In this document: positions 12,901 through 23,940 of the stretch, piece after piece | Layout: every line of letters begins with the position of its first letter | Numbering within the stretch: position 1 is the stretch's first letter | Assembly: GCA_002269645.1 (NCBI GenBank) | Contig: NIVC01000010.1 | Location: 2,046,001 to 2,110,000 of the forward strand | DNA from: Macrostomum lignano | Lineage: Eukaryota | Reading direction: 5' to 3' | Length of the DNA stretch: 64,000 nucleotides | The notes under the pieces: generated by a model | The model's input: the letters and a program-made list of their open reading frames with translations, nothing else | The model's database searches: none | Told to the model about the DNA's origin: nothing | Program-made: the position numbers and the translations under genes

Positions 12901-15505
12901 GCTGCTATAGGTGAGGCTGTTATTCATTAGCTTCTTTATTCAATGTTTCAATTTTCCAACTCCCAGTTCCCGAATCCCCAATCCCAGTTCCCGAATTCCA
13001 TATTCCAGTTCCCGAATCCCCAATCCCAGTTTCTGAATTCCATATTCCAGCTCCCGAATCCCAAATCCCAAATCCCGAATCCCCAATCCCAGTTCCCGAA
13101 TCCCATATTCCAGTTCCCGAATTCCATATTCCAGTTCCCGAATTCCATACTCCAGTTCCCGAATTCCAAATCCCAGTTCCCGAATTCCATATTCCAGTTC
13201 CCGAATTCCATATTCCAGTTCCCGAATTCCAAATCCCAGTTCTCAAATCCCAGTTCCCGAATACCAATTCCCAGTTCTCGAATCCCAAATCTTAATTCCT
13301 GAATCCCAAATCCCAATTTCCGAATCCCACATCCCAGTTCCCTCATCCCTCATCCCAGTTCCTAAATCCTGAATCCCAGTTCCCGAATCCCAAATCCAAG
13401 TTCCCGAATCCCAAATCCAAGTTCCCGAATCCCAAATCCCAGTTCCGGAATCTCATATCCCGCTTCCCCAGTACCTAGTCTGGACCGCAAGATATCTGGA
13501 TAATATAAACTGTTTTGGTAGTTTCCGTAGGAACTGCATGATTTGTCTTGAAGAAAATAACTCAGAGCAGTACTGTACAGACCTAGCCAAAAAAATTCTG
13601 ATTAGATTGGCAGTTTTTTCTTATTTCTGCCCGAACTGTGCCGGGCGGGGAAAGAAAGATTTCCGGTTCGAAAATCGAAATCTTGTTTTTTTTTGCCGTG
13701 GCCCTCCTAATCAGTCAGCTAGTAACTGCCGACTTTCAAAAAGTGCGATACATTTTACACAGTTCTTATTTTTTATGACTAGTAGTGAAGCATTAAGCTG
13801 CGCACGGCTGTTCAGTCCAAGGACTTGTTGGGGGGGGGGGGTTTCCGCACACGCCCTCAATCACCCCAACTAGTGCTGGCACCCATTTTACAGCTGGGGA
13901 GTTAGCGATGCAAGCAATGGAAAGTTAAGTGTCTTGCTCAAGGATACAAATAGTTCCAAGTGATTTAGAATCGAACCCCCGACCTTTTAGAGTCGTGAGT
14001 TCGACGCTCTAAACACTAGGCTAAAACCTCTGAAATCCCCCTCAGATCCTTCAGGGACCTCTGCAATCCCCCTCAGATCCTTCAAGGACCTCTGCAATCC
14101 CCCTCAGATCCTTCAGGGGCCTCTGCAATCCCCCTCAGATCCTTCAGGGACCTCTGCAATCCTCCTCAGATCCTTCAGGGACCTCTGCAATCCTCCTCAG
14201 ATCCTTCAGGAACCTCTGCAATCCTCCTCAGATCCTTCAGGGGCCTCTGCAATCCCCCTCAGATTCTTCAGGGACCTCTGCAATCCTCCTCAGATCCTTC
14301 AAGGACCTCTGCAATCCCTCTCAGATCCTTTAGGGACCTCTGCAATCCCCCTCAGATCCTTCAGGGACCTCTGCAATCCCCCTCAGATCCTTCAGGGACC
14401 TCTGCAATCCCCCTCAGATCCTTCAGGGACCTCTGCAATCCCCCTCAGATCCTTCAGGGACCTCTGCAATCCCCCTCAGATCCTTCAGGGACCTCTGCAA
14501 TCCCCGTCAGATCCTTCAGGGACCTCTGCAATCCTCCTCAGATCCTTCAGGGACCTCTGCAATCCTCCTCAGATCCTTCAGGGACCTCTGCAATCCCCCT
14601 CAGATCCTTCAGGGACCTCTGCAATCCTCCTCAGATCCTTCAGGGACCTCTGCAATCCCCCTCAGATCCTTCAGGGACCTCTGCAATCCTCCTCAGATCC
14701 TTCAGGGACCTCTGCAATCCCTCTCAGATCCTTCAGGGACCTCTGCAATCCCCCTCAGATCATTCAGGGACCTCTGCAATCCCCCTCAGATCCTTCAGGG
14801 ACCTCTGCAATCCCCCTCAGATCCTTCAGAGACCTCTGCAATCCCCCTCAGATCCTTCAGGGACCTCTGCAATCCCCCTTCAGAGACCTCTGCAATCCCC
14901 CTCAGATCCTTCAGGGACCTCTGCAATCCCCCTCAGATCCTTCAGGGACCTCTGCAATCCTCCTCAGATCCTTCAGAGACCTCTGCAATCCCCCTCAGAT
15001 CCTTCAGGGACCTCTGCAATCCTCCTCAGATCCTTCAGAGACCTCTGCAATCCTCCTCAGATCCTTCAGGGACCTCTGCAACCCCCCTCAGATCCTTCAG
15101 GGACCTCTGCAATCCTCCTCAGATCCTTCAGGGACCTCTGCAATCCCCCTCAGATCCTTCAGAACTTCTACTATCCAACTTCTACTATTCAAAATTTTTC
15201 CCCTTCCATTTCCACCCAGACCGGAGCTCGCCGCCAGCAGCTCTGCTTTCAAAGCCGGCCGATTGCCCAGCGATCAGCAGAGTCCGTGCATTGAGCGCCT
15301 GCTGCTTCTGTACCAAGCCGACGAGACCTGGCGGCTCATGACTCGCCTGCGTCAGAAAATGCGCCAGGACACTCCGCAGCTGCAAGCTTTAGAGGAGGAA
15401 GTCACTCGGCGATGCGGTGTGTCTCCTAACGGACCAGCTGATCGATTTAGTCACCTGTTGTGCTATTTGCACACGGCTGTTGATGTCGCCTGGCCGGACG
15501 CTTGA
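6926..15505 (+). CDS. AFF: AF4/FMR2 (AFF, lilliputian-like) transcription elongation factor, ~1000 aa; exons 6926-7215, 10484-12910, 15220-15505
   Basis: Both GT-AG introns are phase 2 and the joined CDS is 3003 nt with no internal stop. N-terminal LSQRMREIFGDH resembles AFF LSSRIQSMLGNY. The C-terminal helices LFRRARDLKQRVD / HFLLASVLFLAGCWAVE / TYHEISQFIR / LVELCFLMLKSIVDYR / LYQADETW / LSHLLCYLH-like segments match the order of the AFF C-terminal homology domain (from memory). The middle is low-complexity S/P/R. Confidence 0.72.
7440..7935. repeat. Pyrimidine-rich minisatellite (CTCCTTATCTCCC..., ~13-20 bp units) in AFF intron 1
   Basis: Directly visible tandem repetition. Confidence 0.95.
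8860..10400. repeat. 34-bp minisatellite ATGGAAAGGGTAGCTGAAATGCYTYTARAGGATC, ~45 copies, AFF intron 1
   Basis: Period measured directly (ATGGAA at 8901 and 8935). Ends ~85 nt before the exon 2 acceptor. Confidence 0.97.
11780..12025 (+). repeat. Coding 24-bp tandem repeat encoding (R-G/R-E-S-R-E-F-Q)n within AFF exon 2
   Basis: Units GAATCCCGGGAATTCCAACGAGGA, about 9-10 copies, in frame. Confidence 0.9.
12945..13470. repeat. 7/21-bp minisatellite (CAGTTCCCGAATTCCATATTC / TTCCCGAATCCCAAATCC) at the start of AFF intron 2
   Basis: Directly visible. Begins ~35 nt after the donor at 12911. Confidence 0.95.
13871..14025 (-). mobile_element. tRNA-derived SINE with a CORE/Meta-like body
   Basis: Minus strand shows an A-box-like TAGCCTAGTGTTTAGAGC and B box GGTTCGATTC, then CCTTGAGCAAGACACTTAAC...CTGTAAAATGGG, which resembles the CORE domain of MIR-type SINEs. 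Confidence 0.7.
14030..15165. repeat. 31-bp minisatellite CCTCTGCAATCCCCCTCAGATCCTTCAGGGA, ~36 copies, AFF intron 2
   Basis: Period measured directly (TGCAAT at 14341 and 14372). Ends ~55 nt before the exon 3 acceptor. Confidence 0.97.
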
Positions 15506-15514
15506 TTTGGATTG

Positions 15515-15795
15515 GTTGCTAAGCCGTCGCTAAGCCATTGCTAAGTAGTTGGTAAGCCGTCGCTAAGCGGCTGCTAGGTAGTTGCTAAGTGGTTGCTAAG
15601 TTGTTGCTAGGCCATCGCTAAGCGGTTGCTAGGTAGTTGCTAAGTGGTTGCTAAGTTGTTGCTAGGCCATCGCTAAGCGGTTGCTAGGTAGTTGCTAAGC
15701 CATTGCTAGGTTGTTGCTAAGCCATTGCTTAAGTTGTTGCTAAGCCGTTGCTAAGCGGTTGCTTCTCGTAGGTTGCTAAGTATGCAATTACTAAG
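15515..15795. repeat. 11-bp repeat (TTGCTAAGCGG variants) in the AFF 3'UTR
   Basis: Visible tandem GTTGCTAAG/GCTAGG units starting ~10 nt after the stop. Confidence 0.9.
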
Positions 15796-16691
15796 TGGTT
15801 GCTATGCCGTTTCTTCGTCCTTTTGTGTCCACTTATTTAGAAGAAAAAAAATCGAATACTATAAAAAAATTATTTAAAATTAATTTATTGCCAATGGCAA
15901 AGTCAATTATCTCCATGTATCTTTCCCTGAATAGATTTTTAATTAAATACCGCATCTACATTATTGTTACACAAAATTAAAAGTCTTTAGTTTTTGCTTC
16001 TGATTCTGATTTGGTCAGTCATTCTATTTGGTCTACACAGTTTTTTGTTCAGATTAATATGTAAGCAAACACAGCTGTGACATGTGACATGTGACAAGGT
16101 ATTTCCTGTATGTAATAGTCAGCTGCTAAATGCCTAAACATATATATTAACAAAACAGTTAGATAATTTTTTTAGTTGGGCTTTTTTGCTTTCGCTTGCT
16201 TTTTTTCTCTCGCTTGATTTCTGCTTCCGCCTATCTATCTTTCTGTCTTCAATTTTGTTTGGCCTTTCATCTGTCTGTCGTTTTTGATGAATTAATTTAA
16301 ATTATTTAAATTAGTAATTTGCTTTGTTTATCATAATTTATAGAATATTATTATAATTTTTATTATTTGCTTGTCCGCTTGTTAATCGATCTCATTCTCA
16401 CATTTTTGTCACCCGATTCTGTATAAATAAAATAGAGCGAATTGATAATATATTATTATTTATTTAAAGTCACTATTCATTATATAAATATGATATGCTA
16501 TTTAAACACATACATATATATATATATAGATATGCATTAATCTAGCACACCTGCTCGCGATGTACCTGTTTACTGGGACCCCCATTCTCTAAAGTGAAAT
16601 GGCGTGCTCGCAAGGTTATTAAATAACCGTATAAATTAATTTGTTTCTGTTTGATTAGTCTGCCAAGTTTCTGCCGATGTCATTACTATTG

Positions 16692-18180
16692 TTATAAATT
16701 GTGATATCTGTTCAACAAGTAGTTTTGAAGTTCAATTTGGCTGCGGCCACTGCTTCCACTTTGTGAATATGACTGACTTTGCTCTGACATTTTTGCCGGT
16801 TTGGGACTGGGGTCAGGTGCCCTCATAAACTCTAATGCCATCATCCATTGTTCACTGTCCTATCACTAACTGATCCTAGAGTTAAGACCGTAATCTGACC
16901 CCAGTGTGTATCGTGACCATCATCTGACCCTGGAGTCATGACCATCATCTGACCCCAGTGTGTATCATGACCATCATCTGACCCTAGTGTTTACCATGAC
17001 CATCATCTGACCCTAGTGTTTATCATGACCATCATCTGACCCTAGTGTGTATCATGACCATCATCTGACCCCAGTGTGTATCATGACCATCATCTGACCC
17101 TAGTGTTTACCATGACCATCATCTGACCCTAGTGTTTATCATGACCATCATCTGACCCTAGTGTTTATCATGACCATCATCTGACCCTAGTGTGTATCAT
17201 GACCATCATCTGACCCTAGTGTGTATCATGACCATCATCTGACCCTAGTGTTTACCATGACCATCATCTGACCCTAGTGTTTATCATGACCATCATCTGA
17301 CCCTAGTGTTTATCATGACCATCATCTGACCCCAGTGTGTATCATGACCATCATCTGACCCCAGTGTGTATCATGACCATCATCTGACCCTAGTGTTTAT
17401 CATGACCATCATCTGACCCTAGTGTTTACCATGACCATCATCTGACCCTAGTGTGTATCATGACCATCATCTGACCCTAGTGTGTATCATGACCATCATC
17501 TGACCCTAGTGTGTATCATGACCATCATCTGACCCCAGTGTGTATCATGACCATCATCTGACCCCAGTGTGTATCATGACCATCATCTGACCCTAGTGTG
17601 TATCATGACCATCATCTGACCCTAGTGTTTATCATGACCATCATCTGACCCTAGAGTCATGACCTTCATCTGACCCTAGAGTCATGACCTTCATCTGACC
17701 CTAGAGTCATGACCTTCATCTGACCCTAGAGTCATGACCTTCATCTGACCCTAGAGTCATGACCTTCATCTGACCCTAGAGTCATGACCTTCATCTGACC
17801 CTATAGTCATGACCATCATCTGACCCTATAGTCATGACCATCATCTGACCCTAGTGTCATGACGCACGTCCTAATTGAGAAGTTACGTCACCTCTGCTTG
17901 ACCGCCATGCCTGACCTGACCCCCCCCCCTTGTCCCGAGGTGAAATGTCAGCGAGTTGAGCTGTCAGCAAAGAAATAAAACGCAATTCGAATCGGTCTTT
18001 CCGCGTCGCTTCTGTCGCTAAAACTTTTTCTAAAACATTGAGAATTGCATGCGTTACTGCGTCCGACTGTCTGCTTGGCCAGAAGTTTTTTTCTCTCTTA
18101 AACAACGGAAATTCTAGTTCGCCAACAAATCCCCCAGGCCCACTTTTTTTGTCCAACCGTGTAGAGTTATTATTTGTCTA
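16692..18180 (-). CDS. Possible last two exons of an unidentified gene (~18180 to ~17886; 16859-16692)
   Basis: After a TAG acceptor at 16861-16860 there is a 56-codon frame DSEQWMMALEF...NYLLNRYHNL*. An upstream open frame (DKKSGPGGFVGELEFPLFKREKNF...) has a phase-0 GTAACT donor. A minisatellite lies between them, as in the other introns. No homology recognised. Confidence 0.35.
16870..17855. repeat. 29-bp minisatellite CATGACCATCATCTGACCCTAGTGTGTAT switching to a 25-bp variant CATGACCTTCATCTGACCCTAGAGT near 17650
   Basis: Directly visible. Confidence 0.97.
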
Positions 18181-20394
18181 TTTATTTATTTTCCTAACTA
18201 AACAAATTTTGTGTTCCTATATAATTGTGCGCTCCAATGCTGTGTACTGTATGTTGGTCGAACATTTTCTTGCGGTGTCCAAATGCTTCCGTTACGAGAG
18301 CCTTGCACACACACACACACACACTGCTAAATTTATGTCGAAGCAAGATCTTTCACGAATTCGTCTCGTTTGCGAAATTAAAATCAACTATTCAAGTTTA
18401 ATTATTTTACTTATTTCAGTTAGCTCTGTGTCTGTCCCGTATCGTGTTGCTGTTTTACTTTTTCCCCCCAGGAGCCTGCTATTCTATCTCATCTATATTT
18501 ATCCTATCTATAAATTTGTCGCATGACTGTCATTTCTGTGGTGTGCAAAATTCCGAAGCCAATCTATGCTGACTCCCCGAGCACAACTGCGTGATAATCA
18601 CAAGCCCTATAATACTCGACTGTTTGAAATTTGAGCTAAAATAAAAATCAAATGCTGAATTGTTCTTCGAGGCCTTTGCGAAGGAAGGCTTTTGGGCAAA
18701 GAATTGCTGCAGAAACTGAATTGAACCGCGGTGCGCACTCTGCCACCAGTCTGAATAAAAACCCTGCGTAGCTGCATGACTTTATGCTTGTGTTGTTATT
18801 GTTCTTTTTATTAATCTTTTTTCAGCCCATTTGGGCCTACGTGCATTGACTTTAATCCAAGATAGGTTTGCCAATGTTAACGGAGCTTTTGTCTATGGTA
18901 GCAAGGCTGGCATTTCATTTGGTCCAACAAGCATCAATTTGGTCCGAATGCTCGTACGCCATTGGACACTCTTGCCTCCTCGCAACCGTCTGTAGGCTGT
19001 TGCGCACCGCTGGAATGTCAGCGTCTCTAGCAACAATCTTCAGTCGCTTTTCCAGAGCTCTGCTGATAGTCCAAATCTGATAACCAACTGGAACTGTTCC
19101 TTCAACTTCTGCTGCATTTTCCTGCAACGTCAACAAAGGGTTCGTCTCAACTGCATCGAGTTGAGCAGTTGGACCTGAGGCTCTCGAGCACCTTGCCTTG
19201 GCGGTTTCCACCCTTTCGCAGGCAATCTCTGACAGCAGAGTTTCAACGCGCTGATGGATGCTGCAAACCATATTTTCTTTTACCATCCTAAACCATCCTA
19301 ACGGCCTAACGGCGCTCTCTGATTTTCCCATTAACGCCCTTGAAGCATGGGTATTAATGTACTATTTAAACGAAATAGTGCAGAACGGCATTTAGCATGA
19401 TCAAAGGGAATTGTGAGGTTAAACTGAATAGTGGGGGGCAGGAAAGGCAAAATGTCGCACAGTTTTCAAGCACTTCAACGCATGCAACTTGTAACAGTTT
19501 ATAGGTGGCTTTGAATTGCTGAGGGTTCCTATAGCTCTAGTGTACGAAATTGGAATTGTTCCAGAGAGGCCTGTGAGCGATGGCCAAAGAGAGACAAGAC
19601 GAGAGCTGGTTCGACCGAATCCGTGACCTGTACCTGCATTCGTCCGGGACTCAGACGCCACTCTATGGTAAATTTGATGTCGGAATGGTCGGAATTGAAA
19701 ATTTCCAAAAAGTGAACGACTTTGTTCTTGCCATCGGATATATATCAAAATTTAACATCAGCACTTGCTCGTATGGCAAGCTTAATAACATATATAGAAA
19801 TCGCCTATGGAATTTAGGAGCACCCCGTCAGTTTAGGGACATCCAATTGTCGTTTTTCCAGGTCATCCAGGCACCCACTATCTATCTCATTGCAAGTATA
19901 CATGCACAGTTAATTGGTCCGACAAGCAAAAATGTCATGCTTCTGCTCCAGACACTACATACATGTATGAGTGTGTACATATAGATACGACGTACAATCA
20001 GCGGGACAACTACTACAAAACTAGTAATACAATCTACATGATTCAATGGTAATACATGTAGATTGTCTATATTGGAGACAGACAATGATAGCATTTTTCT
20101 CACGAATGGCGAAACCAGCCACGAGTGCCTAAAATTAACCATTGTTTATGAAAAAATCATATCCACAAGTACATTGTCTCAAGAATGTACTTTTAATAGC
20201 TTTGAATAAGTATTTCGAAGAATCGAATAATTATAAGCGCACAGCGTGGGACGATACATCCCAAAAGTACAATCTCGCGGCTAAAAATGCAGCCGTCATT
20301 AGTGATTATAAAAGCGAGTTCAATTTCAATTTTATACAAGCTACAGGATCAAGAATGGAGGAGGCTGCGGGAGAACTGGCCGAAGGCAATTAAA

Positions 20395-20600
20395 CCCTCG
20401 AGGCCCAACCCCTAAGGCGCAGTGAAGTGTCCATGCCTAACAATAAATAAAGTTAGGGCCGCTGTACACTCCTGTGTGACTGTGTGCCTGTGCGTATGAC
20501 TGCCTACGTATCCGCGCGCTTGTGTGCCTGTTCAGGGGAGTCGGCAGAATGGGCAGTAATGCCTCACGCCGGTTGTGTGACAATGTCGTTTAAAGTGCAT
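20395..20600 (+). mobile_element. 5'-truncated copy of the SINE found at 59922-60255
   Basis: Near-identical to ~60055-60252 (GAGGCCCAAC...GTACACTCCTGTGTGA...GTATCCGCGCGCTTGTGTGCCTG...GTTGTGTGACAATGTCG.TTAAAGTGCA). Confidence 0.8.
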
Positions 20601-21348
20601 CAGAGTCTAGACCATGAAGTTCAACCATGGACGAAATCAATCCTGCACCTACGACGCATTAGACCTACTCGTAAAGGAGATTTTACCATAGACAAAATCA
20701 ATTCTGCACGCTTGGGCGCGCAAGATCAGCAATTTTGCGCGCAGAATCAAATAAGAATGCTGACGCCCCGGCGCAAATAGCACGCAAAAAGTGTATCATT
20801 GATGACCACTGGCTAAAATTCTACTTTTTTAAATCAGCCAGCCAGTCAATCTTAAGCCACCTATTTTAATCCTTTACGCATGGAACTCAATGCTGTAATC
20901 AATATATTGTTTTTGACAGATTTTAGACGGCGAAAACAGCTGCTTCAGTTGCGATGAGCCGCGACAATTTTCATGAAACCAGACGAGCGTAGGCGGGGCT
21001 AGAAATCAGCACTTGAAATAGCCGGATTATCAGCCTAAGCACCTGTCAAGAATTTTCCACAATATTGCAAAATTCGCCATGTGGCTCACGAGTATTTTAT
21101 ACGCATTAAAGCAATTTTAAAATATAGGTTAGCAATGTATGATTGCGTCAATAGTTTATATTTTTATTAATAAATGATTACACTTTTAGTGATTAAAAGA
21201 TGAGATGGAAATTGGTCACGCCTAAACAAGTCTTGCATAGAAACACGCATATCTTATAACGCATACAGTACGCGCATACCTGCAGATCAGATATCAATCA
21301 GATTGAAACAAATGCGCAGCACAGTTTTAACGGAGAGGGAGGCAGCAG

Positions 21349-21717
21349 AAACAAGGAGGATGAGAGGGGTCCAGAGAGACAGTGAGAAAAGGCGAGGGAG
21401 GGGTCAGACAGGGATATAGGAAGAGGGGGAGGGGAGGGGAGGGAGAAGGGAGACAGGGAGACTGAGGGACTGAGAGACAGGGAGGGAGAGGGGAGACAGG
21501 GAGACTGAGGGACTGAGAGACAGGGAGGGAGAGGGGAGACAGGGAGACTGAGGGACTGAGAGACAGGGAGGGAGAGAGGGCAGACAGGCAGACTGAGGGA
21601 CTGAGAGACAGGGAGGGAGAGAGGGCAGACAGGCAGACTGAGGGACTGAGAGACAGGGGGGAGAGGGGAGACAGGGAGACTGAGGGACTGAGAGACAGGG
21701 AGGGAGAGGGCAGACAA
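21349..21717. repeat. Purine-rich ~42-44-bp repeat (GAGACAGGGAGACTGAGGGACTGAGAGACAGGGAGGGAGAGGG) just 3' of the WDR89 stop
   Basis: Directly visible. Confidence 0.92.
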
Positions 21718-21734
21718 TATCACGGAAAGTGACC

Positions 21735-23299
21735 TCAGCCAGACACGGGTCCCATCCTTGCCCGTCTCTGCTTTCGCTTCTTCTGTCGCTCTTTCTTAGC
21801 GAAAGACTCCGCCGGCCTGGAAGCAGCAGACAGACTGCCAGACGCTGTCTGCTGCTGCCACAGGCAGAGCATGCCGTCCTCAGAGCCGGTCACCAGAGAG
21901 TTGGTCTCGCTGTCCCAGTGACAGCACCGCACAGTGTCCGCATGCCCGACAGCGTCTTCGCTCAGCCACACAGGAGCCGTCTGCTGCTTCAACGACAGCA
22001 CGCCCAGCCTGCCGCTGTGCCGGCCAACAAGCAGGTGGTGGCCGGAGGTGAGCGGGCCGACAATATAGTCGGCCACCCGGCTTGTAACACCACCGTCAGC
22101 TTCCTCGCTGGCGTCATCGTGGACAGTCGGGCCGCCGAGGACAGGCAATCTATCCAGCTCCATCAGGGTGTCGCCAAGTTCTTCAGCTTCGAACAGTGCA
22201 TAGCCCTCCTGCCCGGTGAGCACGTAGGCGACTGACTCAGCCAGTTGAGCTGGCTTCAGCTGCAGGTCGCTGTCGGCTGCAATCCAATCTGCGCCGTGGA
22301 TTCCGCAGCCGGCATTGTAGGTGAACACCAGGGCGTCGTCTTCGCATTCAGCTGTGAGATCGAATGAACAGGCCAGGCCGTCCAGGCCGGCTGTGAGCAG
22401 GCGGCGCGACCGGCTTGGGTGGAATCGAACCCGGGCCAGCGAGTCCTGATGTGAGTCACTGTAGCAGCCTAGCGGCGCCGTGGGGAATCGCCTGCGGTGT
22501 GGGGAGATTAACAGTGGGGATTGTCCTGTCATTTACAGCCCTAAATACCCTTCAGGCTCAGCTCCCAAATACCCTTCAGGCTCAGCCTCAAATACCCTTG
22601 AGACTCAGCTCCCAAATACCCTTCAGACTCAGCTCCCAAATACCCTTCAGACTCAGCTCCCAAATACCCTTCAGACTCAGCTCCCAAATACCATTCAGAC
22701 TCAGCCTCAAATACCCTTCAAGGAACCCACCTGTCCCAGAAGACAATCCTGGCATCCTGGTTAGCAGAATCCAGCTCCGCACCAGCACATAGCAACAATC
22801 CATCGCAGCTGATATCAGCCGTAGACATGCAGTCACCGGACTCGCTATTAAATCTAACAATTGCAGCAGATCCACCTTTGTTATTATTAACTCGAAGATC
22901 CCATAGCAACAGCTGGTCGTCCCACCTGCTAGCGCAGGTTAACAGCTCATTCCAGGCTGCCCGAGAGAATCTGCAATCTACTATTTGACTGTCATGACCG
23001 GATCCCAACAGCTGCCCATCAATAGGCTGCAGGGAACGTCTGTCGAGCAGCAGTATCTGGTTGCTAGGGGAACAGACTGCCAAGCGACTATTTGGCTGCA
23101 GATTAGCCGGCTGGGATGCCAATTGGATAACAAAGGAGTGCTGAGGACTGGAACTGGCGGTGGAAGCAGAATTGACCAAGCTGAGGTTTTTCCAGCTAGG
23201 TGGCTGGTTGCCACCTGATTCTGTTGTTGCTGTTGCTCTTGTTGCCTTTTTAAAGAGCGGGGTTGATGTTTGATATTGATAAAATTTGAAGCTAAGCAT
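21735..23299 (-). CDS. WDR89: WD repeat-containing protein 89 homolog; exons 23299-22731 and 22491-21735
   Basis: Phase-2 GT-AG intron at 22730-22492. Motifs DARIVFWDR / LGCYSDSHQDSLARVRFHP / DGLACSFDL...EDDALV / GHADTVRCCHW...LVTGSEDGMLCLW and a basic C-terminus match WDR89 (from memory). The exact start codon is uncertain. Confidence 0.85.
22545..22720. repeat. 24-bp repeat CTCAGCTCCCAAATACCCTTCAGA filling the WDR89 intron
   Basis: About 7 copies occupy most of the 239-nt intron. Confidence 0.93.
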
Positions 23300-23349
23300 G
23301 AATAATTATGCAGGTTAATTTATTTCTTATTGATTTAATTACTACGATT

Positions 23350-23940
23350 GAGAATGAAACAGGAGCAGGAAGTGAAGGGAGATGATTGAACAGAGATGCA
23401 GGGAGTGAAGGGAGATGATTGAACAGAGATGCAGGGAGTGAAGGGAGATGATTGAACAGAGATGCAGGGAGTGAAAGGAGATGATTGAACAGAGATGCAG
23501 GGAGTGAAAGGAGAAGAACTGAGAGATGCAGGGAGTGAAGAGAGAAGAACTGAGAGATGCAGGGAGTGAAGGGAGAAGAACTGAGAGATGCAGGGAGTGA
23601 AGAGAGAAGAACTGAGAGATGCAGGGAGTGAAGAGAGAAGAACTGAGAGATGCAGGGAGTGAAGGGAGAAGAACTGAGAGATGCAGGGAGTGAAGGGAGA
23701 AGAACTGAGATGCAGGGAGTGAAGGGAGAAGAACTGAGAGATTCAGGGAGTGAAGGGAGAAGAACTGAGAGATTCAGAGAGTGAAGGGAGAAGAACTGAG
23801 AGATGCAGGGAGTGAAGGGAGAAGAACTGAGAGATGCAGGGAGTGAAAGGAGAAAAACTGAGAGATGCAGAGAGTGAAGGGAGACGATTGAACAGAGATG
23901 CAGGAAGTGAAGGGAGAACAACTGAGAGATGCAGTGAGGG
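23350..23940. repeat. 33-bp to 31-bp minisatellite (ACTGAGAGATGCAGGGAGTGAAGGGAGAAGA)
   Basis: Period 31 measured at 23581/23612. A 33-bp variant occupies the left end. Confidence 0.95.
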
